A stretch of DNA of 62,707 bases, filler included, from Basidiobolus ranarum (Eukaryota): assembly GCA_040143965.1 (NCBI GenBank). It is 32 parts of 32 records of this genome, joined end to end, with 100 filler letters (N's around TTAATTAATTAA, not from the genome) between each part and the next. Parts side by side here need not be neighbours in the genome. Positions count along the whole stretch, not along the records: positions 51,075 to 52,931 come from JASJQH010004207.1; positions 53,032 to 54,887 come from JASJQH010004208.1; positions 54,988 to 56,843 come from JASJQH010004209.1; positions 56,944 to 58,798 come from JASJQH010004210.1; positions 58,899 to 60,753 come from JASJQH010004211.1; positions 60,854 to 62,707 come from JASJQH010004212.1; 26 more parts are not named here. One strand, written 5' to 3'. Of this stretch, positions 51,075-62,707 are shown one piece after another (the stretch's first letter is position 1; each line of letters starts with the position of its first letter). Position numbers and translations under genes: made by a program. The notes below the pieces were generated by a model. It had not been told where the DNA came from. It was given only the letters and a program-made list of their open reading frames with translations, and ran no database searches.

Positions 51075-52840
51075 AGCTGTGGCAGTATTAACTTGTTCAT
51101 ATATTGGCCTGATATATTGAACTTATACAAGTTATTTTACTTAGCTCCAGAAGCTACGTAATTCCCTTTTTGATTCCTGATTTACAACCATGTTGATCAA
51201 AATTAAATCTATATCTCTCAGATAGACCTTTACTCACCAATAATAAATTTTTTGCTATCCCAGGCACATTAAGCACAATTTTAGTGTCAAATACATGCCC
51301 CAGAGATGCCCCCAAGATCCACTTCAATTTCTCCAACTCCTAGAGCTTCTAGTGGCAAGTCATCTCCTATATAATCCTCCTTGTTTATGTCAGTTTTGAG
51401 TGTCTTAAACCAGTTTTTTATGATTAGAGAAATGTGGAGAGGCTCCAGAATCAATATACCACAACTTACAGTCTTGTTCGGAGGTCACTAATAGGGCAAA
51501 ATAAATGAAATTTCATCTTTGGCTGAAATCTGATTTGCTTGTTCTGACTTCTCATTTTGATGTAATTTCTTGATTTGCAATCTTTTAACTGGTGTCCTGT
51601 ATTGTTACAAGCAGAGCATAAGCCAAATTTCCTTCTTTTGTAACCTTTATACTTGCCATAGCTACATTTTCAGCTCTCAAAAGAGCCACTTCCTCATATT
51701 CTTTTTCCAAATTCTTACTTCTGAGGTGTTGATCCATTAGCCTTGCCATGGCAAACTCCAAAGACAACTTGTCAGATATTGCTTCCAAAGCTGTGGCCAA
51801 GTTTGAATACAATTATGGTAGACTACTTAGAACAATCATAATGACATCTTCTTCCTGTAAAGTTGCACCAATTTTTTCCAGTTGTTTTACCAAAGTTCTC
51901 ACATTTGCAATATGAGTAACCATGCTTTCAGACTTTTCCATTTTTATATCAAAGAATTTTTGTCTGAGAAAGAGTTTATTAGCAAGACTCTTTGCTTCAT
52001 AACACTCTTCCAATATAGTCCAAGCTTGTTGGGAAGTCTTTTCATGTTGAATATTCACAAGATATGAATCCTTCAAAGTTTGACAAATGACATCAAAGAC
52101 CGTCTTGTTTCTTTTCTTGTAAGCTTCCAATAAAGAAGGTTAGAAGGTTCCTTTTCATCTCCAGAGACTACATCCCAATGCTCCCTGTCTTCCAGCACAA
52201 TTTGCATCATGAACTTCCAGAATTGTAATTTTCTCCATCAAGCTTTTCAAAACTTAAGTTAATCAAAGTGGTAGTAGTGGCTTCTGGCATGCTATAAAGG
52301 TTAGAACACAGGGCTCATAATCTATTGGGAAAATACGGGCTATTTGGAGGAGCTTTGGAAAGGAGGAGTTGTGAATAGCTTTTGTGAGATGATTATTTAT
52401 TGTCCAGAAATGAAGCATTTATGCATTTTGGTTGAAATAAAAAAACTAACACTGGGGCTGTGCTCAGAACATCTGTGGGAGTAAAATGAGCTATCTTTGG
52501 GGCAAAAAATATGGGCTGTTTGGAGGGACTTTAGAAAGGTGAAGTTGTCAATAGCTTTGGTGACATAGTTATTGATTGTCCAGAAATAAAGCATCCATAC
52601 ATTTTGGTAGAAATATGGAAAACTAACACAGGGGTTGTCTTGAGAACATCTGTGGGAGTAAAATGAACCATCTTTGGGGCAATTTGGACAAGTTTGAAAT
52701 TTCCAATATTGAATTGCTAATTCTCACATTGTTTGCATATATATATGATATATGTTCTGATTTGCAGTTAAGTGTTATTTGACTAAGTAATCTTAACTCA
52801 CTTATATGTGATATACAAAGCAGTTAGGTGTCAAAAGATT
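51075..52840 (-). mobile_element. Copia family B 5' part: LTR B (with internal duplication), PBS, gag, protease
   Basis: PBS gattatgagccct at 52310-52322; AWTILEECYE..LRQKFF; WYIDSGAS. Confidence 0.9.
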
Positions 52841-54199
52841 GCTAACAAAAATAAGATCAATTTGATCCAGATGGGATCCACCCTCAAAAATAGCAAAACT
52901 TTCAGAGAACCATCACAATGTTGGTGGCTTGNNNNNNNNNNNNNNNNNNNNNNNNNNNNNNNNNNNNNNNNNNNNTTAATTAATTAANNNNNNNNNNNNN
53001 NNNNNNNNNNNNNNNNNNNNNNNNNNNNNNNCCACCAAAATGTATAAATGCTTAATTTCTGGTCAATAAATAATTATCTCACAAAACTATTCACAACTCC
53101 ACTTTTCTAAAGTTCCTCCAAACAGCCCATATTTTCCCAATAAAATATATAGCTGTGATCCCATACCAAAGGAGGCATCATGACACTGATGGTATTGAGG
53201 AACATTGAAGTATATCACAACCTAACTTGGAAAATCAGGATTTCTTTCAGAATATATATGAGCCTGCTTTTGCCTTGGTGCTGTGGTAGCGCAGCATGGC
53301 TACCCACTGGCAGGTTAACTTATTTCCATTCCTAGCCCATATCACTACTATTCCACAATTTCTATTTCATTATCAATATTTGACTTATCTATATTTTCTG
53401 GCCAATCATATCACACCATTAGTACTCTCCCCTAGTATTTGTGATTCTTCAATATCAATTGATTTTCTGGAAATATCAACAGTCTTCTAGAGCATTCCAC
53501 AAGATTCTTGGAATATTTCATGACTGGTTGAAAATGGCCCATTCAAAACTTGATTCTGCTATAATATTCCATTACTTTCTGGACTATTCTACAACCTTGT
53601 GGAACATTGCATGGATTACTAATCTTATGATTTATGATGATATCATATCTCCAGATCCCCACCAACAGAATTTTCTTGATCTTTGCAGGGAATTTAAGTT
53701 AGGGGTCATTTCTACCTTCAGAACATTCTCAACAGGGTGCATATCTTATCAATAAAAATCAACCTGGTTTTTAACTAACAGTTACTACTTGTGCTCAATC
53801 ATTCTTCTCATCACTGCTTACAAGACCTGTGACAAGAAAACTTAAGAGAGACTACTAGCAACAGCTACCAGCTACTGTGCAACCAGAAAGAACTTAACTA
53901 GCTCAAAGGAACTACTGAGAGGTAGGTTTTATATTTCTGATGCTGTATATATTTTCCTTAGTTTTGTCTGCATAAGCAAGCAGCTTTTCTACATCCTTGA
54001 TTGATTCACTGCCAGTGTACCATTGTTCAAGACACTGCTGGTGGAGTTTACAGTTATTTTGGTTTCATAGAATCATTTTACGTGATCATTTTCAAAGGAC
54101 ATTGAAGCAGCTTTTTCTCTTGTCCAACACAGGCATGTTATTCAGCAGAGAGCTAGACATTTCTTTGTTGTTTATCAGGCCTTGGACATTAGACTTGTC

Positions 54200-54400
54200 C
54201 TGTCAGACCATGTCAAATCATGCTGCTTGATCCAGCCGGCTAAGACACTATCTGGCACAATCTATCAGTTACCATGGCTAGCTCCTGTAACACTCAATTG
54301 GACAATGTAAGGAACAATATGTCATCATCCCACTGCAATCAGACACAATGCTTTTTTTGTACATATTGTGCCAGCTTGTACCAAGTTACCCAACTTAGTA
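54200..54400 (+). repeat. DDE_Tnp_4-associated repeat ending ...CCAACTTAGTA
   Basis: Homologous to 37095-37261 and 16409-16603. Confidence 0.65.
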
Positions 54401-54576
54401 TTGCCAAATTAAGATATTTGATAACTGACAATGAAGTTCATCCCCTAGTTTGAAACTTACCAACTGTTAAATATGTACTAATAAACAATTTATACTGTAA
54501 ATTACCCAATCAAATGTATAACCAAGACATTCACATGTTTTTAGGCCAAGCATTTGTCTATCACTCACTCTATATC

Positions 54577-54680
54577 CCCTAACAAAAATAAAATCGATTA
54601 GATCCGGATCAAATCCACCCTCCAAAATAGCAAAACCATCAGAGAACAATCACAATATTGTTGGCTAGCATTCTGCCAGG
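54577..54680 (+). mobile_element. Candidate second CMC terminus (CCCTAACAAAAAT...GATCC...ATCCACCCTC)
   Basis: 12/13 match to CCCTAACAGAAAT; homologous starts at about 52842 and 27388. Confidence 0.55.
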
Positions 54681-54987
54681 GATTTTGATGGTGTGATGGT
54701 GGTTTCTTGATGGTATCTCAATGGTATTCATACATGTTAAAATATTGATCCTCAAGTTTGGCATGCATTAATCAATATACAGCAATTTTTGCAAAAATAT
54801 AATTTTTGAATGGCAAATTACTGGGTTTACTGCTGTAGGAATTTGAATTAATATGCATGCCTTTATTGAGATATTTTAGGCTTTGTCNNNNNNNNNNNNN
54901 NNNNNNNNNNNNNNNNNNNNNNNNNNNNNNNTTAATTAATTAANNNNNNNNNNNNNNNNNNNNNNNNNNNNNNNNNNNNNNNNNNNN

Positions 54988-55499
54988 TTTCACTCCTGAA
55001 ACTGAAAAAATTGATTAAAATCAAATCTAACTTGACATTTTTATGACGGTAAGTAAACAGTCAACCCCAAATGGATTAAAATTGTGACGGTTTTCCTAAA
55101 ATAACAATCCTCAAATTTCTGTTAGGGATGGAGATATTGACACAAACTTGTGTTTGGTATGAGCTAAACCTTGGGTATGAAGAACTCTTTAAAAATATCC
55201 AGGAGAATATATCAAAAAGACTAGAGATTTCAAAGGTGACAAATTAGCATTCAAGTGGTAATTGTGTAAAATTTGAGTTATGTTTCTTGCACATGTGTTG
55301 ATCCATAGTTCTCTGAGATTGTAGCCAATCATGTGCAACTATTTTGCAAGATCTTAAAGTTTCACTCCTGAAACTGAAAAAATTGATTAACATCAAATCC
55401 AACTTGACAATATTATGATGGTAAGTAAAGGGTCAATCCTAAATGGATTAAAATTTTGATGGTTTTCCTACAATAACAGTCCTCAAATTTCTGTTAGGG
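54988..55499. mobile_element. Two nested or tandem CMC ends (termini at 55127 and 55499)
   Basis: ...TTTCTGTTAGGG occurs twice; the first abuts internal CMC sequence, the second abuts Copia RT. Confidence 0.85.
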
Positions 55500-56843
55500 C
55501 ATCCATTGGCTGCCAATTGATTTTCCATCATCAGATAAGTGAGTTAAAATATTAGTTTGATTATCAATCAAAACCTGGTACTCATCAGCCATTGCAAATC
55601 TCCAAAATTTTGAGTGGGGGCCATTCAGGCCCTCTGTTACAGTCTAGGGCTGATGTATTTGAGCTCTGCAGGCATAGGCCCAATTTTGTAACTCATTTAT
55701 GTAGTAATCGGAGCTATATCTGATCTGATTTGATCACCTGTTTTGAGATAAAGGTACTACAACTTCTGGCATTGGATTGGGCACTCCAGTATGTAAACGT
55801 TTGGTTGAAGGGTCTGCAGGAATGCTATTTTCTTTGTTGTTTTGGCTTGAATCAATTTGAATAATTGGATCAGGAGAAAATTTATTTTCATCAGAACTTG
55901 AGTCATTGTGGGTGATTATTCAGCATTCTCATTAAACAAAACATCCCTGGGCTTGATTAACTTGGAAATTTTGGTATCATAGAGTCTGTAGGCCTTAGTT
56001 TGAGTACAATAACCCAGAAATATGCATTTCTTACTTTTTGCATCAAATTTAGACCTCTTTTTGGTCATAATTTTGTTATATGCAATGCATCCAAAGATTC
56101 TCAAATATTTTACATCAGGTTTAACTCCAAACCAAGCTTGATATAGTGTAGAGCTAGACAGACATGTAGTAAAACTCCTATTCTTAAGATATACAGCTGT
56201 AGCAACAGATTCCACCCAAAAGCTATGAGACAAATCTTGTGCATTTATCATAGATCTTGCCATTTGTATCATAATCCTGTTAGCTCTTTCAGCAACTCCA
56301 TTTTGTTGAGGTGAATAGAGGGCAGTAGTTTATTGCTTAATTCCATGAACTTTGCAAAAGTGTTTATATAATGTTGAAGTATATTTTCCACCATTATCAC
56401 TATGTGTTTTTGTGATTTAAGTTCCAGTTTCAGTCTCCAAAAGTGCTTTAAAGTCTCTAAAGATAGACAGTGCTTCTTCTTTGCTTTCCATAAAGGAGAC
56501 CCAAGTGTATCTTGTATAATCATCAATAAATGTTATTAAATACCTTTTTCTACTAAAAACTAATTCTTGAATAGGTGCACACAAATATGAATGAATTATA
56601 TCCAATTTGCTGACAGATTTGATTAAACCAGAGCTCTTGAGTGGTTGTCTGGCTTGCTTTCCATATATATAACCATCAAAAACTTCAATTTTGGTTTGAG
56701 GGTTAATTTGAATTTGAGAAATTAGGCAATTCTTGATCATTTTGCTCAAATAATCAAATTCAATACAGCCAACTCTCTTATGCCATAATTGAATAGTTTC
56801 TTGATTGGAATAACTTATATTTACATATAAACCTCTTCAATCA
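55500..56843 (-). mobile_element. Copia A integrase to the start of RT
   Basis: TFIDDYTRYTW, AVYLKNRS, KCIFLGY, then W.FAMADEY..LIDNQT..KSIGSQW. Confidence 0.93.
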
Positions 56844-57198
56844 NNNNNNNNNNNNNNNNNNNNNNNNNNNNNNNNNNNNNNNNNNNNTTAATTAATTAAN
56901 NNNNNNNNNNNNNNNNNNNNNNNNNNNNNNNNNNNNNNNNNNNGCTTATAAAACCAGCTTCAATCGCCTCTCCTATTCCTTCATCGGAAAGGTCACATGA
57001 ATCCTCAAGCAGTTCACATACTCCAACTTCACAACCCAAGTCTATAAAACCCAGCTATAATCTGAGGAAAAGAATTCTTCTATATCAGACATTTGATCAA
57101 AATTCTTAATGCTAAGAAAAATTTTAAAAAAATATATTAGTTATCATTTAAAAGCGGTTGTGATCGTTTATAGTACATAGTGTGAATTAAATGGTAGA

Positions 57199-57570
57199 TT
57201 AATCAAATATCTTGCTTTCGTTGTTTAATCTACGGGCGGCGGATGCTAAAGATGCTAAGGCTTCGTCAGGTATTTTGTTTCTAACTAAAGGGATGGTATT
57301 TTGTCGTCTGGAAGGTTTAGATTTGGGAGAAGTCAGCACGCCGGAATTATTTAAAGTCATGCCATAGACTTTGTCTATTTTCCCGTCTTTCCAAATGACG
57401 CATCCATCGCGATCTTTAATTTTAAGTATGTTTGCATTTATTATTCTGATGCTAGCGTCAGTGCCTCTACCGATTACGTTTGCGAAATCATAAAATGGGT
57501 CATCAGAAGGTCTAAAATTAGAGGAGTAGTTGGCTTGAATAGAACAAATTTGTGAAGTCATAGTATACAA
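57199..57570 (-). CDS. Hypothetical protein (123 aa), divergent from the 279-aa ORF
   Basis: Uninterrupted CpG-containing ORF between AT-rich spacers; no recognised motif. Confidence 0.5.
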   Translation of the reverse strand: MYTMTSQICSIQANYSSNFRPSDDPFYDFANVIGRGTDASIRIINANILKIKDRDGCVIWKDGKIDKVYGMTLNNSGVLTSPKSKPSRRQNTIPLVRNKIPDEALASLASAARRLNNESKIFD

Positions 57571-57738
57571 GATAAGAAAGAAAGTTTGCTTAATCTATTT
57601 AGAGCCAGTTTGCCATCTCTCACTTTGAAATTTTGGGTAAAAGAGAAATAAAAATATAATACAACAATGAGAATAAAAAAAATCAAATGAGATATATATA
57701 TTTGCGTATTATAAATTTGTGTAAAACGTAAGACCAGG

Positions 57739-58578
57739 ATGGCGAGCGAGTTTGAGAAGTTTGTATATGAGAGCGTGTCTCAAGGGACATGTTTTGTACA
57801 AGAGGAGCCATTTGGTAGGTATTATGTGGACATAGAATATGTGTCGACGAAGTTTCTGGAGTTGGAGATAGGGAAGCTTGATGAGGAATGTTGTTCAGAA
57901 TCGGATAAGATTAGGATGGCATTTAGGATATTAAAGGGTTCGAAACAGGAGTTGGAGAACAGGATGGGTAATATCAAGGAGGGGTGTATAAAGTATATAG
58001 ACCAGATACATCAGGAGAACGGTAAGAGTACGCTTATTTTGCCCCAAGTAAAGAATGGGGGTAAGTCCAAAAAGGCGTTAAAAAAATTTTTGTCTGATGC
58101 CGTGAGCCAGTTAAAGTTCAACATACTATCTGTAAGTAAGGCGTTGCATGTATATGAGATTTTTGTATCAAGGATGAGATATGGTATTGGGGAGATTATG
58201 TCGAGTATAGAGGTCCATTACAACGAGTTTCCGGGGAAGTTTGTGTTGACGACAGAGCCGGATTTCAAACATGAGAGTATAGGGTTTGTTACGAATAATC
58301 TTGAAGTAATTTTAAATGGTACATTGGATACTGTAATTACGGATATAAGCGCGGGGGAGATAAAGTTTATAACGTTGGAAAAGATGATGGAATTATTTGG
58401 GGTTGAGGACAGACAGGGTCTAGTAAAGGTGGCAATAATAGCTGGGACGAGACAGAATGTTGGTTTAGGTGTTTCGTTTTTGGGAAGGTTGTTGGAGCCA
58501 GGGGATGAGCGAGAGGACTTGGAGAGACTCATGGAAGAGAATAATTTCAAGAAGTATTTGTCATGTTATAAGATTTGA
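57739..58578 (+). CDS. Intronless 279-aa protein, tentatively a degenerate FEN1/XPG (PIN + H3TH) family member
   Basis: ATG-to-stop intact; GRYYVD near residue 31, TEPD, GFVTNNLEVILNG, and ITLEKMMELFGVEDRQGLVKVAIIAGTRQNVGLG resembling H3TH. The ORF is solid; the family call is by eye. Confidence 0.65.
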   Translation: MASEFEKFVYESVSQGTCFVQEEPFGRYYVDIEYVSTKFLELEIGKLDEECCSESDKIRMAFRILKGSKQELENRMGNIKEGCIKYIDQIHQENGKSTLILPQVKNGGKSKKALKKFLSDAVSQLKFNILSVSKALHVYEIFVSRMRYGIGEIMSSIEVHYNEFPGKFVLTTEPDFKHESIGFVTNNLEVILNGTLDTVITDISAGEIKFITLEKMMELFGVEDRQGLVKVAIIAGTRQNVGLGVSFLGRLLEPGDEREDLERLMEENNFKKYLSCYKI

Positions 58579-58898
58579 TGAGGCATAGTATAGGGTATAC
58601 CAAAAAGTAACAAAAATATAAATTATATATTTCTGCGAAATAATTGGATCGGAAGATTTTTTAAAAGGGGTTAAGGTGAAGAAGGTAAGGTGGGGGGTTG
58701 GTTTAGAAAGAGTATGTTGAGGTTAAAGTTGTTGTGATTAGATATTATAATAAGTTTGCGAAATAAATTATAAAAAGTTTAATACGAAAAGATTTAAGNN
58801 NNNNNNNNNNNNNNNNNNNNNNNNNNNNNNNNNNNNNNNNNNTTAATTAATTAANNNNNNNNNNNNNNNNNNNNNNNNNNNNNNNNNNNNNNNNNNNN

Positions 58899-59187
58899 AC
58901 CTATTGGTTGGATTTACCCATCCGAAATCTACTCTACTCGTGTCCGTGCCAAGTGTATGAGTATTACTACCGCTTCTAACTGGGCCTTCAACTTCATCAT
59001 TGCTCTTGTCGTTCCACCCTTGATCAACTCTATTAGCTGGGGACTGTATATCATCTTTGGAGCATGCGGTGTCCTTATGTTCCTGTTTGTGTACTTCTTT
59101 GTACCTGAGACTAAAGGAAAGAGTTTGGAACAAATTGATCACATGTTTGGAGGTCGTACCAATATTGACGAGAAAAACAAAGTTTAA
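58899..59187 (+). CDS. MFS sugar porter, C-terminus
   Basis: PIGWIYPSEIY..R.RAK, SNWAFNF, VPETKGKSLEQID. Confidence 0.96.
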
Positions 59188-60711
59188 AAGCACAGTTTAT
59201 GTGTAACTTTTATAAGCACAACCCTTGTAACTACAAATGTATATATTCCCTTTTCCCATTATTAATAAACTTTATCTTATCGAAATATTCAATCAACATA
59301 TGTTATATCATCCATTGTCTAGCGTTCGTGATCAAAGCCAACATTGTTGATACTACAAGTAAAGGTGTAGTTGTGGAAATATTAATTGATAGTTAGATCA
59401 TTCAAATTTATAGAGGCTTTTTGTCATAGTAACCTCTGAGCCAGTGATGAAATGCACATTTTGTTGCGAGAAAGTCAGCTAAACAAATGTTCCCTATTAG
59501 AAGTCAAGAATATTTGTTTATTTGTGGTTGTTGCATCTTCAAAAATAGAGGAACAATTAATGCTAGCTCTCACTGATTTAACATATGATGAACAGTACTA
59601 ATCACCAAATTTATTATGTGGATTTGGAACGAATGAGTAGTGAACTGTTAACCCACTGTAAACGTTAACTTCAAGAGTGGATTAGTATTGTTTCCAAAAG
59701 GCGATGCGGGGTGACTTGAACTTGCGCTTGGCTATCTGAGTCATACCAACGAAAATATTAGCATTCGCTGGGTATCCAATTATGCACGCTAAATATTTAG
59801 CTTTACTTTCTGTAAATAGATTCTACGCAGATTAGGCTAGATATCCCAATAATTATTATGTGGCCTTTAACTATAATGGTAGCTTCGTCAATTATGGAAA
59901 CAGTAAGGCTTAACGGCGAGTCACAAAACATATTATACTTTAGTAATGTCAGTTCAAAAGAGCCCCGTTCTAGAATAGAAATAATACTTCAATTTGGTAT
60001 CAAGGGTATTGGTTACAGTGAGCTTGACTTGATCAATCTGAATATGATTATATTCTAGTACTGCAAAAGTAGTCACTATCTCGGTTCATATAATGCATTC
60101 TTATTCACTACTTTCAATTCTAATGGTTAGCATTAGTTTTAGGCGTGAGAGAATCGAATCTACCGAACCTATTACATTGAAGCTATGTAGCATCTATCCT
60201 TGGGATTTAAGCATGGCCAAACTCCGAGTTGTTATCGAAGTTTCTAATATGAATATTGACTTTACAAGTTATAATTACTCACAAGCCAGGTATAGATATG
60301 GATTTTGAGCTAAAAAGTGTTAGAATCTGGCGCCACCCTAAACATAGACTTCTAGAGTGAGTTTCGATTCCAGATTAGTGGCGCAATAAGAAACCGTTAT
60401 GAAAATTCATTAGGCCGTATTGGAATAGTGAGTACTTAAAATTCTATTTAAAATTACGAACATTCTACACTGGTGAATATCCAAAATTTCCGAATCTAGG
60501 CCTAAATAACCAAGTAAGGTACCGAGGTTTCATAAAATTTCGATATACTTTTGTAGAATTACCAAACCAAGTAGATACCCTGCGGGGAGTAGTGTGCATT
60601 CCATAAATAAAGTTAGGCCTTGAGCCACCATCTAGCCTTCTGAACGGCACGCTATATAAAGCCAAGGTAAGTCTCTACAGAAGATCATAAAACATTTACA
60701 ATTATCATACT

Positions 60712-60753
60712 ATGGGTGTATTAGTATATCTCGCTGCTTCAGCTGCTGCTATC
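60712..60753 (+). CDS. Probable N-terminus of a second tandem sugar porter
   Basis: TATATAAA at 60653-60660; MGVLVYLAASAAAI resembles sugar-porter TM1 before GG.LFGYD; only 14 codons visible. Confidence 0.5.
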
Positions 60754-60853
60754 NNNNNNNNNNNNNNNNNNNNNNNNNNNNNNNNNNNNNNNNNNNNTTA
60801 ATTAATTAANNNNNNNNNNNNNNNNNNNNNNNNNNNNNNNNNNNNNNNNNNNN

Positions 60854-61818
60854 GATATTTTGGAGTAGTTCTTGACAAACCGTCAGTAAAAGTTTGCAAA
60901 TCCAAGGAAAAATTGGACATCCTTCACATTTTTAGGAATATCCCAGGACAGAACAGATTCAACCTTCTTAGGGTCCATGGAGATGCCTGATGGGCGGATG
61001 TTATATCTAAGGAATTCAACTTGTGCTTGATCAAATTCACATTTCTCAAGTTTAACATAGAGCCCAGAGGTTTTCAACATTTCTAGGACTTGGGAAACAT
61101 GAAGATTATGTTCTTGTTGAGAGCTTGAGAAGATCAAGATATCATCAAGGAAGAATACCACAAATTGGTCACGATACTCCCTGAAGATATCATTCATCAT
61201 GTGTTGAAAGACTGCAGGGGCATGGGTAAGTCCAGATGGCATGACATTGTACTCAGAGTGTCCATAGCAAATTCAAAAGGCAGTTTTCCATTGGTCTCCT
61301 GGTTTGATTCTTACAAGATTGTAAGCACCTCTTAGATCAATCCTTGTAAACACCTTGGCTGAAGCAAGCTGATCCAACAGTGAGTTGATTAATGGCAAGA
61401 GGTACCAATTTTTGACTGTAATGCTATTTAGGCCTCAATAATCAACACAGAGATGGAGGGATCCATCCTTTTTCTTAACAAATAAGATTGGAGAGCCTGT
61501 TGGGGACTTTGAATGTTGGATAAATCCTTTCTCCAGATTTTCTGCAATATACTCTTTCAGAATGTTGAGTTCTGGCTGGGTCAGCCCACACATAGGCCAA
61601 AATGGTGGTTGTTTTCATTCTTGTGGATCTATAGGGCAATCATATGGGTGGTGAGCTGTGAGTATATCAGATTTCTTCTTGTCAAGGACATCAGCAAAGG
61701 CTTGGTATTTTGGTGGGAGCTTATGAACCACAGGTTTTGTTGCCTTCAGCTCTTCAGCAATACTGTCAACAGATATTGGCTTTATAGATGTTATTAGGAG
61801 TTGGGCTGGTGATAAGTT
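60854..61818 (-). mobile_element. Gypsy RT fragment
   Basis: [28 protein letters not shown]. Confidence 0.94.
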
Positions 61819-61819
61819 G

Positions 61820-62707
61820 GAGCCTTTGATTGCAGCATAAGAATGATTATCTAATGGGGTTCAGATGGGTGAATATCTTATTAAAGCTAATATCATTGTA
61901 TGTATAGGTGACACTCCTGCCTTCAGCAAACTTGGAGGTTTTTGCATGCACAATGTACTTTCTTGCTGTAGATTTTGTCAAATCCATGGAGTCTACTCTA
62001 TCAGGCATATGCATTACTACTAACCAAATACAAAACTAAACTCCACGATTTACCTTTAAGAGCCTGGTCAGAGTGCAACATGATCACTGATATCAAGTCA
62101 CCAAACAGTCAATGTAACATCAAATATGGTTTTAGTCATAAGCATAAGCTTATATTGCTAAAAAGGATCAGCTGGAGCCTGAGCTTCCCATCAGGCCCCA
62201 TGCATTTACTATTTGACAACATTCCAATACTACTTACTCAGCTATATAGTAGAAAATTCAATATGAATGAGCCATTTAAGATGGGATCAAAGTACAAATT
62301 GATTGGAAGGATGCTGGAGAAAATCTAGATACCATCATATTTTACCAGGACTTCCATCAATATCCACTCATCTAGATGTTTATTCAAATACAAAGACTGC
62401 AAGTATTGGATCTGTATATATTAAAGTGGAATCTTGAAAGGACTTCTGCAAGATATGTTTAGGCTACATTGGGAGTTGTTTGTGGATAATGTTAATATTT
62501 TCTTATTGTATCAACTCACATTGGCTGATCTCAGGCAGATACAGCAACTGTGCAAAGACTTTGTCATTAGATATGAAATACTTTATTACAGGTTTAGAGA
62601 AGATAGACTAAAGCTATGCTGGTAATCAGAACATTCCCTGCTTCATCTTTCACAATGCTTAGAGATTTTAGGCCCTTGCTATACATTCTGGCAGTTCTCA
62701 ATGGAGT
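61820..62707 (+). mobile_element. CACTA/EnSpm transposase fragment (catalytic core and C-terminal region)
   Basis: CIGDTPA..KLGGF..CRFC, PMHLLFDN, RYEILYYR, HSLLHL..LGPCYTFWQFSME. Confidence 0.9.

Noticed and set aside
1872-60853. Regularly spaced TTAATTAATTAA palindromes, about every 1.96 kb
   Set aside because: Synthetic six-frame-stop linker inside N gaps, not biological; ORFs ending in X..LIN are artefacts

Overview
This window is not one locus. It is 32 unlinked contigs of about 1.85-1.87 kb, sorted by decreasing length and joined by 31 artificial 100-nt spacers (44 N + TTAATTAATTAA + 44 N), so adjacency across spacers means nothing. The DNA is eukaryotic and fungal-like (short GT-AG introns, PRE7, P450s, GH20 hexosaminidases, fasciclins, sugar porters), probably a repeat-rich early-diverging fungus (inference). 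About two-thirds of the contigs are nested, decayed and strongly CpG-depleted transposons: at least three Ty1/Copia LTR families with a half-tRNAiMet-type PBS, a Ty3/Gypsy chromovirus, a CMC/CACTA element with CCCTAACA termini and an unknown accessory ORF, and a DDE_Tnp_4 (IS5/ISL2EU/Harbinger-like) transposase. The best leads are: (1) an intron-containing Fanzor (eukaryotic TnpB-like RNA-guided nuclease) remnant at about 40720-41183 (-), with a possible structured RNA downstream; (2) a CMC element that can be rebuilt from many copies, apparently with a head-to-head unknown gene; (3) a compositionally distinct contig carrying an intronless, apparently catalytically degenerate FEN1/XPG-like ORF (57739-58578), possibly viral. 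All family calls come from motif recognition by eye; no searches were run.
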